This document shows positions 1-9,811 of a stretch of 64,000 bases of DNA, piece after piece. The DNA lies in the NCBI GenBank assembly GCA_963829805.1, contig CAWHJR010000002.1, positions 4,397,418 to 4,461,417 of the forward strand, in the 5' to 3' direction. The notes under the pieces are model-generated. The model was not told where the DNA came from, made no database searches, and saw nothing but the letters and a program-made list of their open reading frames with translations. This DNA is from Euzebyaceae bacterium (lineage in GTDB: Bacteria; Actinomycetota; Nitriliruptoria; Euzebyales; Egibacteraceae). The position numbers were made by a program, and so were the translations under genes. Numbering within the stretch: position 1 is the first letter of the stretch; the number at the start of each line of letters is the position of its first letter.

Positions 1-860
1 TGCGCGGCCACGCCGAACGCGTCGCCGAGGACGTCCGCACCGCCGAGGGTCTGCCCTGGAACTGGCTGCGCGAGGCCCTGATCTCGCAACCCGAGCTCGT
101 GCGCTGGCGCCCCCAGATCGCCGCCGCGCTGCTGGAGCGCGAGCCCGGCATCGAGCTGGACCTGCCCGACGACCCCAGCGAGCGCTGGCTGGCTGAGGCT
201 GCCCGCGCCCGCGACGCCGGCCCCGTCCCGCCCGGGATCGACGCGTTGCTCGGCAAGCACGCGGACCGGTTGCCCGCGACCCTGCCGACGCTGCAGATGG
301 CCCAGGAGCAGTACCCGGAGCGCGTCCCCGCCCTGCTGGAGCGCGTGGACCTCGAGGCGCCGAACTTCCTGGCGATCCTCGCGTGGGCGCGCGACCACGG
401 CCACACCGGCCAGCTGCGCGACCGGGTGCAGGCCGACGTCGAGGCCGCCGCCGCCGACAACCGCGCTCAGGGCCTCGCGCGCTGGCGGTCCTGGATCGAC
501 CGCGGGGTCAAGGTCACGCTGCCGGAGGCCGTGAAGACGCACTCGCTGGAGGGGCTGGACCTCGGCCGCCCGGAGACCGCCGACCTCGTGGCCCAGCTCG
601 TCGCCGAGGGCGTCGAGCTGGCGCCCCAGGACGTCCTCGACCAGACCGCCCAGGGCAACCGCATGCTCGGCGAGAAGGCCTACGAGGCGTTCATCTGCGC
701 CGGGCTGGACGTCCACCTGCCGCTGGTGCTGGAGGGCAACCCGATGGTGCCGACCGGCACGCGCTGCCCCGCCTGCCAGGCCTGGACGTGGGTGCGGCCC
801 GGGCACGAGTCCCGCTGCCCGCGCCTCACGGAGCTGGCCGGGTCCGCCGTCGGCGCGTGA
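1..860 (+). CDS. hypothetical protein, 5' end upstream of window
   Basis: Forward frame 3 is open from base 3 to the TGA at 858-860; track ORF 99..860 is its tail. Third codon positions are almost all G/C. No family recognised. Cys cluster CPACQ...RCP near the C-terminus. Confidence 0.5.
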   Translation, partial: RGHAERVAEDVRTAEGLPWNWLREALISQPELVRWRPQIAAALLEREPGIELDLPDDPSERWLAEAARARDAGPVPPGIDALLGKHADRLPATLPTLQMAQEQYPERVPALLERVDLEAPNFLAILAWARDHGHTGQLRDRVQADVEAAAADNRAQGLARWRSWIDRGVKVTLPEAVKTHSLEGLDLGRPETADLVAQLVAEGVELAPQDVLDQTAQGNRMLGEKAYEAFICAGLDVHLPLVLEGNPMVPTGTRCPACQAWTWVRPGHESRCPRLTELAGSAVGA

Positions 861-2971
861 TCCAGCCCCAGCCCGGGGCTGCGACCTTCCCCCGCCGCCA
901 GGCGGTCACACGGCACTTCAGCCTGGGCCTGCCGCGGTCGTTCACGCCAACCCCCCAGCGGGTGTTGTTCCTGCGGTCGCTGGGTCCGGAGGACCCCGTC
1001 CTGTGCCTGTGGGCGCTGGAACGCGACAGCGGGCTGGAACGCCTGCTGGTCGACCCTCGCGAGGTGGACCCCGACGGCGACGGCGCGCTGCCGCCCGAGG
1101 AGCGCGCCCGGCGCGAGCGCGTGCGCGAGCACGGCGGCGGGATCGTTGCCTACGCCGCCGACGCGGCGGGCACGGTCGTGGCCTTCACGCTCGGCGGACG
1201 GCTGCTCGTCGCCGACGCCACGACCGGAACCACCGTGCAGCCCGCGGTCGAAGGCCCGATCGTCGATCCGCGACCCGACCCGACCGGCTCTCGGATCGCG
1301 TTCGTGCGCGACGGTGGGCTCTGGGTCGACCCGGGGCCGGCCGGCACCACGCGCCGACTGCTGCACGACGACGACCCCGACGTGACGTGGGGCCTCGCCG
1401 AGTTCGTCGCCGCCGAGGAGATGGACCGCACGCGCGGCTATTGGTGGTCCCCGGACGGTCAGCGCCTGGTCGCCGCGCGCGTCGACGTCTCCCCGGTTGC
1501 AACGTGGTGGATCGCCTCGCCGGTGGACCCGCACGTCGCCCCCGTCGCGACGCGCTACCCGGCCGCGGGCACCGCCAACGCGCACGTCTCGCTGGCGGTG
1601 GTCGACCTCGACGGGGCGACGACGCCGATCACCTGGGACCGCGAGGCGCTGCCCTACCTCGTCGACGTGAGCTGGGAGGCCGGCTGCCCGCTGGCGCTGC
1701 AGGTGCTGTCGCGCGACCAGCGCAGGGCCGCCGTGTTGACGGCCGACCCCGACACCGGCACGACCCGGGAGATCTGGGCCGACGAGGACCCCGTCTGGGT
1801 GGAGCCCTCCCCAGGCAGCCCGGCCTTCCTGCCCGGCACCGGCGCGCTGGCGGAGGGTGCGCGGATGGTGCACGTCGTGGTGGCCGACGACCGCCGTCGC
1901 GTCGCGGTGGACGGGCGGATCGTGTCCTCCGCGGCCCTGCACGTGCGCGCGCTCCTGGGTCTGGAGGGGGAGGCCGCGATCGTGCACGCCTCCGCCGAGG
2001 ACCCCATCGCCGATGCGGTCTGGCGCATCCCGCTGGACGGTGGGGAGCCCGAGGCGCTCACCGACCTCGACGGCATCGCCGACGGGATGGCCCAGGCCGG
2101 CACCGTGGTCACGATCGAGCGCTCGCTGCGCAGCGACAACCCTGTGGTGACGGTCCACGGTGTCGGCCGCGTCGCGGCGTCACCGGCGGCCCTGGGCCTG
2201 GACGTGCGGGTCGAGCACGCGGTCATCCACGGCGTGCGCACCGCGCTGGTGCTGCCGCTGGCGTGGACGCCGGAGGACGGGCCGCTGCCGGTGCTCGTGG
2301 ATCCCTATGGCGGACCCCACGGGCAGCGGGTCGCCAAGTCCCGCCGCGCGTACGCCGAGCCGCAGTGGTTCGCCGAGCAGGGCTATGCCGTGGTCGTCGC
2401 CGACGGCCGCGGCACGCCCGGGATCGGGCTGCGCTGGGAGCAGGCGGTGCACCGCGACCTCGCGGGACCGGTGCTGGACGACCAGGTGGCCGCCCTGGAG
2501 GGTGCCGCGGCGCGCTGGCCGGGTGCGCTCGACCTCGAACGCGTCGCGATCCGTGGATGGTCCTTCGGGGGCTACGTCGCCGGGCTGGCCGTCCTCGACC
2601 GGCCCGACCGCTTCCACGCCGCGATCGTGGGCGCGCCCGTGACCGACTGGCGGCTCTACGACACCCACTACACCGAGCGCTACCTGGGCGATCCGAGCGT
2701 CGACCCCGGGCCGTACGAGCGCGGCTCGCTGATCGCCCGAGCACCCGCGCTGGTGCGGCCGATGCTGCTGATCCATGGGCTGGCCGACGACAACGTCGTG
2801 GCCGCGCACACGCTGCGCCTGTCGCGCGCGCTGCTGGAGGCCGGCCGGGTGCACCGCGTGCTGCCGCTGTCGGGGGTCACGCACATGACGCCCCAGGAAG
2901 CGGTGGCCGAGAACCTCCTGCACCTGCAGTGCGACTTCCTCGCCCAGGCGCTTGCACCCTTGGGCTCATGA
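857..2971 (+). CDS. S9 family serine peptidase (dipeptidyl-peptidase IV / prolyl oligopeptidase type)
   Basis: Tail of track ORF 383..2971. GTG 857 overlaps the upstream stop (GTGA). Propeller-like N-terminal part, then a catalytic domain with GWSFGGY (Ser), GLADDNV (Asp) and GVTHM (His). The track N-terminal extension is Arg/Pro-rich off-frame read-through. Confidence 0.85.
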   Translation: MIQPQPGAATFPRRQAVTRHFSLGLPRSFTPTPQRVLFLRSLGPEDPVLCLWALERDSGLERLLVDPREVDPDGDGALPPEERARRERVREHGGGIVAYAADAAGTVVAFTLGGRLLVADATTGTTVQPAVEGPIVDPRPDPTGSRIAFVRDGGLWVDPGPAGTTRRLLHDDDPDVTWGLAEFVAAEEMDRTRGYWWSPDGQRLVAARVDVSPVATWWIASPVDPHVAPVATRYPAAGTANAHVSLAVVDLDGATTPITWDREALPYLVDVSWEAGCPLALQVLSRDQRRAAVLTADPDTGTTREIWADEDPVWVEPSPGSPAFLPGTGALAEGARMVHVVVADDRRRVAVDGRIVSSAALHVRALLGLEGEAAIVHASAEDPIADAVWRIPLDGGEPEALTDLDGIADGMAQAGTVVTIERSLRSDNPVVTVHGVGRVAASPAALGLDVRVEHAVIHGVRTALVLPLAWTPEDGPLPVLVDPYGGPHGQRVAKSRRAYAEPQWFAEQGYAVVVADGRGTPGIGLRWEQAVHRDLAGPVLDDQVAALEGAAARWPGALDLERVAIRGWSFGGYVAGLAVLDRPDRFHAAIVGAPVTDWRLYDTHYTERYLGDPSVDPGPYERGSLIARAPALVRPMLLIHGLADDNVVAAHTLRLSRALLEAGRVHRVLPLSGVTHMTPQEAVAENLLHLQCDFLAQALAPLGS

Positions 2972-4110
2972 AGCACCACGATGTGATCGTCCTCGGCCTG
3001 GGCGGAATGGGCAGCGCGGCGGCCGCGCACCTGGCCGAGCGCGGGCAGTCCGTCCTCGGGCTCGAACAGTTCCGGCGGGCGCACGACCTGGGCTCGTCGC
3101 ACGGCGGCTCGCGCATCATCCGCCAGGCGTACTTCGAGGGCGCCGACTACGTGCCGCTGCTGCTGCGCGCCTACGAGCTGTGGGACCGCCTCACCGCGTT
3201 CCACGGCAAGGTCCTGCGCCTGAGGACCGGCGCGCTCTACGTCGGGCCGCCGGGTTCGGACCTCGTGCTGGGGACGGTGGCCTCCGGCCGTGCCTACGAC
3301 CTGCCGGTCGAGGAGCTCGAGCCTGCGGAGGTCCGCACCCGCTTCCCGACCTTCGCGCTGCTCTCCGACGACCACATCGCCGCCTACGAGGCCGCGGCCG
3401 GCATCGTCTTCCCGGAGCTGAGCGTCACCACCCACTGCGTTGTCGCGGAGCGCCACGGGGCCACCCTGCACTTCGACGAGCCGGTGCTGGGCTGGGAGCC
3501 CAAGGGCGAGGGCGTCACGGTCACCACGGCGCGCGGCACGTACACGGCCGACCGCCTCGTGGTCACCGCCGGCGTCTGGGCCGGCAAGCTGCTGGCCGGG
3601 TTGGGGCTGCCGCTGCAGCCGGAGCGCGTCGTGCAGTTCTGGTTCGTGCCCGAGGATCGCCGCCCGTTCCTCGCCGACCGCCATCCGGTCTGGCTCTGGG
3701 AGACCGACGAGGGCAAGCGCCCCTACGGCTTCCCGATCTTCGACGGGTCTCCGAAGGCCACGAAGGTGGCGTTCTTCCGCGAGACCACTCCGGCGGACCC
3801 GCGCCGCGTCGACCGCGTCGTGCGCGACGCGGAGGTCGAGCAGATGCGCACGGCCTTGGCTCCGCGCCTGCCAGGCATCGCGGCGGGCGCGCTGCAGGAC
3901 GCCAAGGTCTGCCTGTACACGACCACCCCGGACGAGCACTTCGTGATCGGCCTGCACCCCGAGCTCCCGCAGGTCGCGATCGGCGCCGGCTTCTCGGGCC
4001 ACGGGTTCAAGTTCGTCCCGGTGGTCGGGGAGATCCTCGCCGACCTTGTGATCGACGGCGCCACGCCGCACCCGATCGAGCTGTTCGACCCGACGCGCTT
4101 CGGGGCCTGA
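2968..4110 (+). CDS. solA: monomeric sarcosine oxidase / N-methyl-L-tryptophan oxidase family FAD enzyme
   Basis: Tail of track ORF 1003..4110 from ATG 2968 (ATGA overlap with the peptidase stop). Starts MKHHDVIVLGLGGMGSAAA (Rossmann fold). GFSGHGFKF motif near the C-terminus is typical of the MSOX/MTOX family. Confidence 0.8.
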   Translation: MKHHDVIVLGLGGMGSAAAAHLAERGQSVLGLEQFRRAHDLGSSHGGSRIIRQAYFEGADYVPLLLRAYELWDRLTAFHGKVLRLRTGALYVGPPGSDLVLGTVASGRAYDLPVEELEPAEVRTRFPTFALLSDDHIAAYEAAAGIVFPELSVTTHCVVAERHGATLHFDEPVLGWEPKGEGVTVTTARGTYTADRLVVTAGVWAGKLLAGLGLPLQPERVVQFWFVPEDRRPFLADRHPVWLWETDEGKRPYGFPIFDGSPKATKVAFFRETTPADPRRVDRVVRDAEVEQMRTALAPRLPGIAAGALQDAKVCLYTTTPDEHFVIGLHPELPQVAIGAGFSGHGFKFVPVVGEILADLVIDGATPHPIELFDPTRFGA

Positions 4111-4457
4111 CGGCAGGCGTCCCGGGTCCCGCGGCGAATCCCAGGTCCTGCGCATCCGGTTCCTGGCAGTGGTCGTGGTCCTGGGCATCGTGGCTGCGCC
4201 GACGGCGGGGGCGGGGGCCGCGGGCCCGGGCGAGGAGTCTCCGGACGTAGGCATGGCCGGCACCTGCAAGGGGGCGGCTGCTACCGCATGGGGATGTTCC
4301 GCGCCACCGCGGACTCGCTGATGCACACCGTGGGCCTGGCGGACGGCGGCAACCCGTTCAACCTCCCCGGCCCGCGACGTCCGCTGGCTGGCCGACGGCG
4401 AGGAGCTCGTTGCGGCTCGCGATCCGACCGGCATGCTGGCGACATGGGCCCACGGAC

Positions 4458-5218
4458 GTGACGGCCACCGGGGTCGACGGGCGCGGCCTGGCGTCCCTGC
4501 GCGGCTGGAACCTCGGCCTCACGCTGCTGCACCTCGGACAGGCGGTGGCGGTGCTTGTGCTGGCGACGGACTTCGCCGTAACCGTGACCCGGTCGCTGCC
4601 CACCGGTCCTCCGGGCACACCGCCTGGCCCGCCGGAAGCGATGTTCGATCTCCCGATCGGCCCGGCCGTCGCGGTCTTCCTTGTGCTCGCGGCGCTTGAC
4701 CACCTGCTCACCGCGACGGCCTTCCGACGCACCTACGACGCCGACCTCCGTGTCGGGATCAACCGATTCCGATGGGTGGAGTACTCCTTCAGCGCAACGC
4801 TCATGGTGGTGCTGATCGCGCTGTACACCGGCATCGACGGGATCTCGGCGCTCATCGGCATCGCCGGCGCCAACGTGGCCATGATCCTGTTCGGCTGGCT
4901 TCAGGAGTCCGCCAACCCGCCGGGCGGGCAACCGTCACCATGAAGCCGTTCTGGTTCGGCTGCATCGCGGGCGTCGCGCCGTGGGTGGCGATTGGCTACA
5001 ACGTGGTCGCCGCCGAGGAGGTCCCAGGCTTCGTCGTCGGCATCTATGTGTCGCTGTTCCTGTTCTTCAGTAGTTTTGCGCTCAACCAATGGCTGCAGTA
5101 CCGCGAGGTCGGGCGGTGGCGCAGCTACGCGTTCGGCGAGCAGGCGTACCTGGTGCTCAGCCTTGTGGCGAAGTCGGCTCTCGCCTGGCAGATCTTCGCC
5201 GGGTCGTTGGTCTCGTAG
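4458..5218 (+). pseudogene. heliorhodopsin, interrupted by one apparent 1-nt frameshift near 4920-4940
   Basis: ORF 4410..4943 carries ...NRFRWVEYSFSATLMVVLIAL...ILFGWLQE. ORF 4772..5218, in another frame, continues KPFWFGCIAGVAPW...FFSSFALNQWLQY...YLVLSLVAKSALAWQIFAGSL. The two parts are colinear with heliorhodopsin 48C12 as I recall it. The counterion Glu (RWVEYS) and Schiff-base Lys (SLVAKSALAWQ) are both present. Start is GTG 4458, with TTG 4410 as the alternative. Confidence 0.8.
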
Positions 5219-5301
5219 ACCTGGGGTCGTGCAGTGGCGCGGGTCGCGAACGCGCTCCCGTCAGCTTTCTGATTGAGCACCTCCCGCCCCGCCAGTGCAG
5301 G

Positions 5302-5721
5302 ATGGGAGCGATGTACCGCGACGACCGCTGCGCCGTGTGCGGGGAGGCGCTGCCGCCGGACCACTTCTACTGCGCGACGCACGGGGCGGACGTGGACGAG
5401 CGGCTGCGGGCCTTGGGGGGCGCGCTGGGACGCCTGGTCGGGGAGCTCGGTGAGGCCGCCGCGCTGGCGCCGGGGATCGCGCAGGCGACGTGGGACTGGC
5501 TGGCCGGGGACGAGGACTGGCCGCCGGTCGCCGACGTCGAGCTGCTCGCCGACGCCGACGACGTGACGGTCGACGTCGCCGACCCGGGCACGGTCAAGGT
5601 GCGCGTGCGTGTCCCGCTGCCCGACCTGCTGACCGCGCTGCACGCGGCCCTGTCGCGCGACGACATCCACGGGCTCGGCAGCGTGCTCGTGTCCGCCGAG
5701 GGCGCCGATGCCACCCACTGA
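5302..5721 (+). CDS. hypothetical protein with N-terminal CxxC...C..H zinc-ribbon-like motif
   Basis: Tail of track ORF 5089..5721. ATG 5302 or 5311 (MYRDDRCAVCGEALPPDHFYCATHG). High GC3. The stop overlaps the pepF start by 14 nt. Confidence 0.55.
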   Translation: MGAMYRDDRCAVCGEALPPDHFYCATHGADVDERLRALGGALGRLVGELGEAAALAPGIAQATWDWLAGDEDWPPVADVELLADADDVTVDVADPGTVKVRVRVPLPDLLTALHAALSRDDIHGLGSVLVSAEGADATH

Positions 5722-7504
5722 GACCGAGACGCTCACCGCCGCCGAGGCCCCTACGTGGGATCTCGGCGACCTCTACACCGGCCCCGACGACGCGGCGCTG
5801 GAACGCGACCTCACCCAGCCGGTCGCCGACGCGCACGCCTACGAGGCGCGCTACCGGGGCCGGGTCGCGGAGCTCGACGCCGCGCAGCTGGCGCAGGCCG
5901 TCGCGGAGCAGGAGACCCTGCTCACGCCGCTGTACCGCGCGGGCGCCTACGCCAGCCTGCGCTTCGCGACCGACACCGCCGATCCCGGCCGCCGCGCGCT
6001 CTCCGGCCGGGCCCAGGAGCAGGGGGCGGTGGTGCGGTCACACCTGCTGTTCTTCGACCTCGAGTGGCTGGCCGTCGACGACGACCGCGCCGCCGCGCTG
6101 CTGGCCGACCCGGCGCTGGCCCCCTACCGCCACCACCTCCAGGGCGAGCGACGCTACAAGCCCCACACGCTGACCGAGCCCGAGGAGCAGGTCCTCACCA
6201 AGCTGTCACCGACTGGGCCGTCTGCCTGGCAGCGCCTCTTCACCACGCTGTCGAGCACGATCACGGTCGACCTGCCGGCCGGGGAGACCTCACTCACCGA
6301 GGCGCTCTCCGAGCTCCACGCGGCCGACCGCGAGGCCCGCGACACCGCGGCCGACGCGATCAGCGCCGCGCTGGAGCGCGATCTCGACGTGCGCGGACAA
6401 GTCTTCGACACCCTGCTGCACGACAAGGCGCTGCGCGACGACCTGCGCTCCTACCCGCACTGGATCGCCACGCGCAACCTCGCCAACGAGGCCTCCGACG
6501 AGCAGGTCGAGGCCCTCGTGCAGGCGGTCGTGCGGCGCTACGACCTCGTCGGCCGGTGGTACCGCCTCAAGGGGCGCCTGCTGGGCATCGACGACCTCGC
6601 TGACCACGACCGCTACGCGCCGCTCCCGGGCATGCCCGAGCACGTGGTCACGTGGCGCGAGGGCCGCGACCTCGTCCTCGACGCCTACGCAGACTTCTCG
6701 CCGCGCCTGGCCGACCTCGCGCGGGAGTACTACGACCGCGGGTGGATCGACGCCGCGCTCGCCCCGGCCAAGCGCTCCGGGGCGTTCTGCGCAGCGACCG
6801 TCCCGTCCGCGCACCCGTACGTGTTCGTCAACTGGACCGGCACCGCCCGCGACGTCATGACCGTCGCGCACGAGCTGGGCCACGGCGTCCACATGCGGCT
6901 GTCGCAGGAGCAGACCCTCTTCAACACGTCGACGCCGCTGACCACCGCCGAGACGGCGTCGATCTTCGGCGAGGCGGTCACGTTCCAGCGCCTCGCGCAG
7001 CAGGCCCCCGACGCCCGCGCGCGCCTCGCGCTCCTCGCCCACCGCATCGACCAGGCGATCGCCACGATCTTCCGCCAGGTCGCCATGAACCGCTACGAGG
7101 ACGCGGTGCACACCAGCCGCCGTGAGGGCGGCCAGCTGTCCGTCGACCGTCTCGGCGAGCTCTGGCTGGAGACCCAGGCCCCGATGTTCGACGGCGCCCT
7201 TGAGCTGCGTTCGCGCTACCGCAGCTGGTGGAGCTACGTCCCTCACTTCTTCTCCACGCCCGGCTACGTCTACGCCTACGCGTTCGGCAACCTGCTGTCG
7301 TTCGCGCTGCTGCGCCGCTGGGAGGACGACCCCGACGAGTTCATCACCGCCTACCTGGCGATGCTCTCCCGCGGGGGCTCGGCGTCCCCCCAGGACCTGG
7401 TGACCCCGCTGGGCGTCGACCTCTCCGACCCCGGCTTCTGGGACGCCGGCCTGGACGTCTTCGAGGGCCTCGTCGCCGAGGCCGAGGCCCTGGCCGAGCT
7501 GTAA
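5708..7504 (+). CDS. pepF: M3B family oligoendopeptidase F
   Basis: 598 aa with the HELGHGVH zinc motif and overall PepF-like layout. Confidence 0.88.
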   Translation: MPPTETETLTAAEAPTWDLGDLYTGPDDAALERDLTQPVADAHAYEARYRGRVAELDAAQLAQAVAEQETLLTPLYRAGAYASLRFATDTADPGRRALSGRAQEQGAVVRSHLLFFDLEWLAVDDDRAAALLADPALAPYRHHLQGERRYKPHTLTEPEEQVLTKLSPTGPSAWQRLFTTLSSTITVDLPAGETSLTEALSELHAADREARDTAADAISAALERDLDVRGQVFDTLLHDKALRDDLRSYPHWIATRNLANEASDEQVEALVQAVVRRYDLVGRWYRLKGRLLGIDDLADHDRYAPLPGMPEHVVTWREGRDLVLDAYADFSPRLADLAREYYDRGWIDAALAPAKRSGAFCAATVPSAHPYVFVNWTGTARDVMTVAHELGHGVHMRLSQEQTLFNTSTPLTTAETASIFGEAVTFQRLAQQAPDARARLALLAHRIDQAIATIFRQVAMNRYEDAVHTSRREGGQLSVDRLGELWLETQAPMFDGALELRSRYRSWWSYVPHFFSTPGYVYAYAFGNLLSFALLRRWEDDPDEFITAYLAMLSRGGSASPQDLVTPLGVDLSDPGFWDAGLDVFEGLVAEAEALAEL

Positions 7505-7525
7505 CGGCGCGCGTCAAGTAGGCCA

Positions 7526-8344
7526 TCACGACGAGCCGCGCGCCCAGCTCGCGAGGGCGCGGAGGGCCACGGCGGCACCGTCGTCGTCGACGGCGGGGAC
7601 CACCAGGTGGGCCGCCGCGCGGAGCGAGGCCGCGGCCTGGCCCATCGCGATCGCGGTGCCCGCGACCGCCAGCATCGACGCGTCGTTGTCGGCGTCGCCA
7701 AGGGCCGCCACCGCTTCCATGGGGACGCCCAGCAGGTCGGCCGCGTGGCGCAGCGCGACGCCCTTGTCGGCGTCGGGGCTGGTGACGTTGATGAGCGCGG
7801 CGCCGGGCATCGGCGGCCACACGGCCGGCCCGGGCGTCAGCCCGCGCTCCTCGAGCCCGCTGACGAGGAAGTCGCGCTCCGCGTCCCCGAACCCGACCAC
7901 CGTGCCCTTGATGATCGGCTGCGCGTCGAGGTCGACGTCGTCCGCGGTGCCCAGCGGCCAGCCCGTCACGACCTCCCAGTGCAGCCGGTAGCGCTCGTCC
8001 AGCCGCGTGACCCAGAACCCGTCGTCGACGTACAGCTCGGCGTAGAGGTCGTGCTCGCGACAGAACGCCAGCAGCGCGTGGCGCTCCGCCTCCGACAGCG
8101 GCCACGTGGCCAGCGCGCGGCCGTTGGACCGCAGCTGCGCGCCGTTGAGCACGATGTTCGGGCCGTCCAGGCCCAGCTGCTGCGCGACCCTGGCCACACC
8201 CGAGGGCAGCCGCCCGCTGGCCAGGGCCACGTGGATCCCGGCAGCCCGGGCGTCCCGGACCGCGGCCGCGACCACGGCCGTGGCCTCCAGCGCGTGGCTG
8301 AGCAGCGTCCCGTCGACGTCGAGCACGACGTAGCGCGCCGGCAC
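7526..8344 (-). CDS. Cof-type HAD-IIB family hydrolase
   Basis: Tail of track ORF 7526..8644. GTG 8344 gives VPARYVVLDVDGTLL (DxDGT motif I). Later GDADNDASML (motif IV). A longer start at GTG 8416 is possible. Confidence 0.8.
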   Translation of the reverse strand: MPARYVVLDVDGTLLSHALEATAVVAAAVRDARAAGIHVALASGRLPSGVARVAQQLGLDGPNIVLNGAQLRSNGRALATWPLSEAERHALLAFCREHDLYAELYVDDGFWVTRLDERYRLHWEVVTGWPLGTADDVDLDAQPIIKGTVVGFGDAERDFLVSGLEERGLTPGPAVWPPMPGAALINVTSPDADKGVALRHAADLLGVPMEAVAALGDADNDASMLAVAGTAIAMGQAAASLRAAAHLVVPAVDDDGAAVALRALASWARGSS

Positions 8345-8462
8345 CCGTGACCACGCGTCGAACCGGCCGCCGGGCAGGATGCCGTCGGGAAGCAGCCCAC
8401 CGTCAGGAAGCCTCACGCGGCCGGACTGTAGCCGCGGCCCCCGGACCCCTACCGTGGTGGGC

Positions 8463-8918
8463 ATGGAGCTCACGCAGCGCATCACGGCCGACCTCACCAC
8501 GGCGATGAAGGCCCGCGACGCCGAGACCACCGGCACGCTGCGCCTGGTCCTGGCCGCGATCAAGAACCTCAAGGTCGCCGAGGGCCGCGGCGGCGCCGAC
8601 CCGACCGACGCAGAGGTCACCGACCTGTTGAACCGCCAGGCCAAGCAGCGCCGCGAGTCCGCCGAGGTCTACCGCGCCGCCGACCGCCCCGAGCTCGCCG
8701 ACAAGGAGGACCGTGAGCTGGAGATCCTCCAGCGCTACCTCCCCCAGCAGCTGTCCGAGGACGAGGTCCGCACGATCGTCACCGAGGCGGTCGCCGAGAC
8801 CGGCGCCACAGGCCCCGGCGACCTCGGCCGCGTGATGAGCGCGGTGATGCCGAAGGTGAAGGGCCTCGCCGACGGCAAGCTCGTCAACCAGCTGGTGAGG
8901 GAAGCTCTGGCGGGCTGA
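8463..8918 (+). CDS. GatB/YqeY domain-containing protein
   Basis: From ATG 8463: MELTQRITADLTTAMKARD...LRLVLAAIKN...EILQRYLPQQLSEDE...GRVMSAVMPKVKGLADGKLVNQLV, the typical YqeY family pattern. Confidence 0.85.
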   Translation: MELTQRITADLTTAMKARDAETTGTLRLVLAAIKNLKVAEGRGGADPTDAEVTDLLNRQAKQRRESAEVYRAADRPELADKEDRELEILQRYLPQQLSEDEVRTIVTEAVAETGATGPGDLGRVMSAVMPKVKGLADGKLVNQLVREALAG

Positions 8919-8919
8919 G

Positions 8920-9771
8920 TCAGTCGCGGGGTCGGTCGCGGAGGTAGCGCTCGAAGGCGGCGGCGAGCTCCTCGCCGGAGACCATCTGGGAGGAGAGGGT
9001 GTCGTCGCGGTCGGTGCGGTCCTCCAGCTCGGTGACGTAGCTGGCGAGGTCGTCGTCCTCGGTGACGAGGCGGGCGATGTCCTCCTGCTGGTGCTCGGCG
9101 GCGTCCGCGAGGCCGTCCAGGGGGATGTCCAGGCCGGTGCCGCGGCACGCCATCGCGGCGAGGTCGTGGGAGGCCTGGAGGTAGGCGGTGCCCGCCAGGT
9201 AGTGGGGGACGCCGACCCACAGCGTGAGCGTCTCCAGGCCGGCCTCGGCGCAGCTGAGGGTCACCACGCCGGTGATCCCGGTGGGGCCCTCGTAGCGGCT
9301 CTGGGTCAGGCCCAGGTCCTCGGCCAGCGACGCCGGGTGCGACCAGCCGGTCAGCGCCAGCGGGCGCGTGTGCGGTTGATCGACCTGCAGCGCGCCCAGC
9401 GTCACCACGCGCCGCACGCCGGTCTGCTGGGCGACGTCGACGACGTGGCGAGCGAACGAGCGCCAGCGCAGGTTGGGCTCGCTGGACTCCAGCAGGATCA
9501 CGTCGCCGCCGTTCGTGGTGGCCCAGCGGAACCGCGGCTTGGGCCAGATGATGCGGCGGCGCTCCCCGTGGCCGCGGATCGTCGGGCGGCTGACCTGGAA
9601 GTCGAGGAACGACTCGGGGTCGAGGGTCGCGAGCGTGCGCGGCTCGAGGGACTCCGCCAGCGCGTCCAGCGCGCCCGAGGCGGCCTCCCCCGCATCGCTC
9701 CAGCCCTGGAATGCCGCGATCAGCACCGGTGACCTGAGAGCCGGCCGTTCACCGACCCAGTCGAGCTCCAT
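8920..9771 (-). CDS. PAC2 (proteasome assembly chaperone-like) family protein
   Basis: MELDWVGERPALRSPVLIAAFQGWSDAGEAAS... N-terminus and size are typical of actinobacterial PAC2 family proteins. Confidence 0.75.
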   Translation of the reverse strand: MELDWVGERPALRSPVLIAAFQGWSDAGEAASGALDALAESLEPRTLATLDPESFLDFQVSRPTIRGHGERRRIIWPKPRFRWATTNGGDVILLESSEPNLRWRSFARHVVDVAQQTGVRRVVTLGALQVDQPHTRPLALTGWSHPASLAEDLGLTQSRYEGPTGITGVVTLSCAEAGLETLTLWVGVPHYLAGTAYLQASHDLAAMACRGTGLDIPLDGLADAAEHQQEDIARLVTEDDDLASYVTELEDRTDRDDTLSSQMVSGEELAAAFERYLRDRPRD

Positions 9772-9811
9772 CGTGGTCCCTTCCCGCGTGCGAGGACGAT
9801 TCTCGCACGCG

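Noticed and set aside
383-2967. N-terminal extensions of track ORFs 383..2971 and 1003..4110, plus minus-strand ORFs 680..2158 and 2680..4434
   Set aside because: They are Arg/Pro/Gly-rich read-through in alternative frames of the peptidase and oxidase genes. The true genes start at 857 and 2968 with start/stop overlaps.
4110-4457. Possible small secreted-protein gene between solA and the heliorhodopsin (hydrophobic RIRFLAVVVVLGIVAAPTAGAGA segment, then DVRWLADGEELVAARDPTGMLATW in another frame)
   Set aside because: There is no ATG/GTG/TTG upstream of the hydrophobic segment. The pieces lie in three frames and no family is recognised. It could be a decayed remnant, but the support is too weak to call.
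2968-7504. Retinal or carotenoid biosynthesis, photolyase or glutamine synthetase partners next to the heliorhodopsin
   Set aside because: None of the neighbouring ORFs shows the corresponding motifs. The neighbours are an amine oxidase, a Zn-ribbon protein and PepF.
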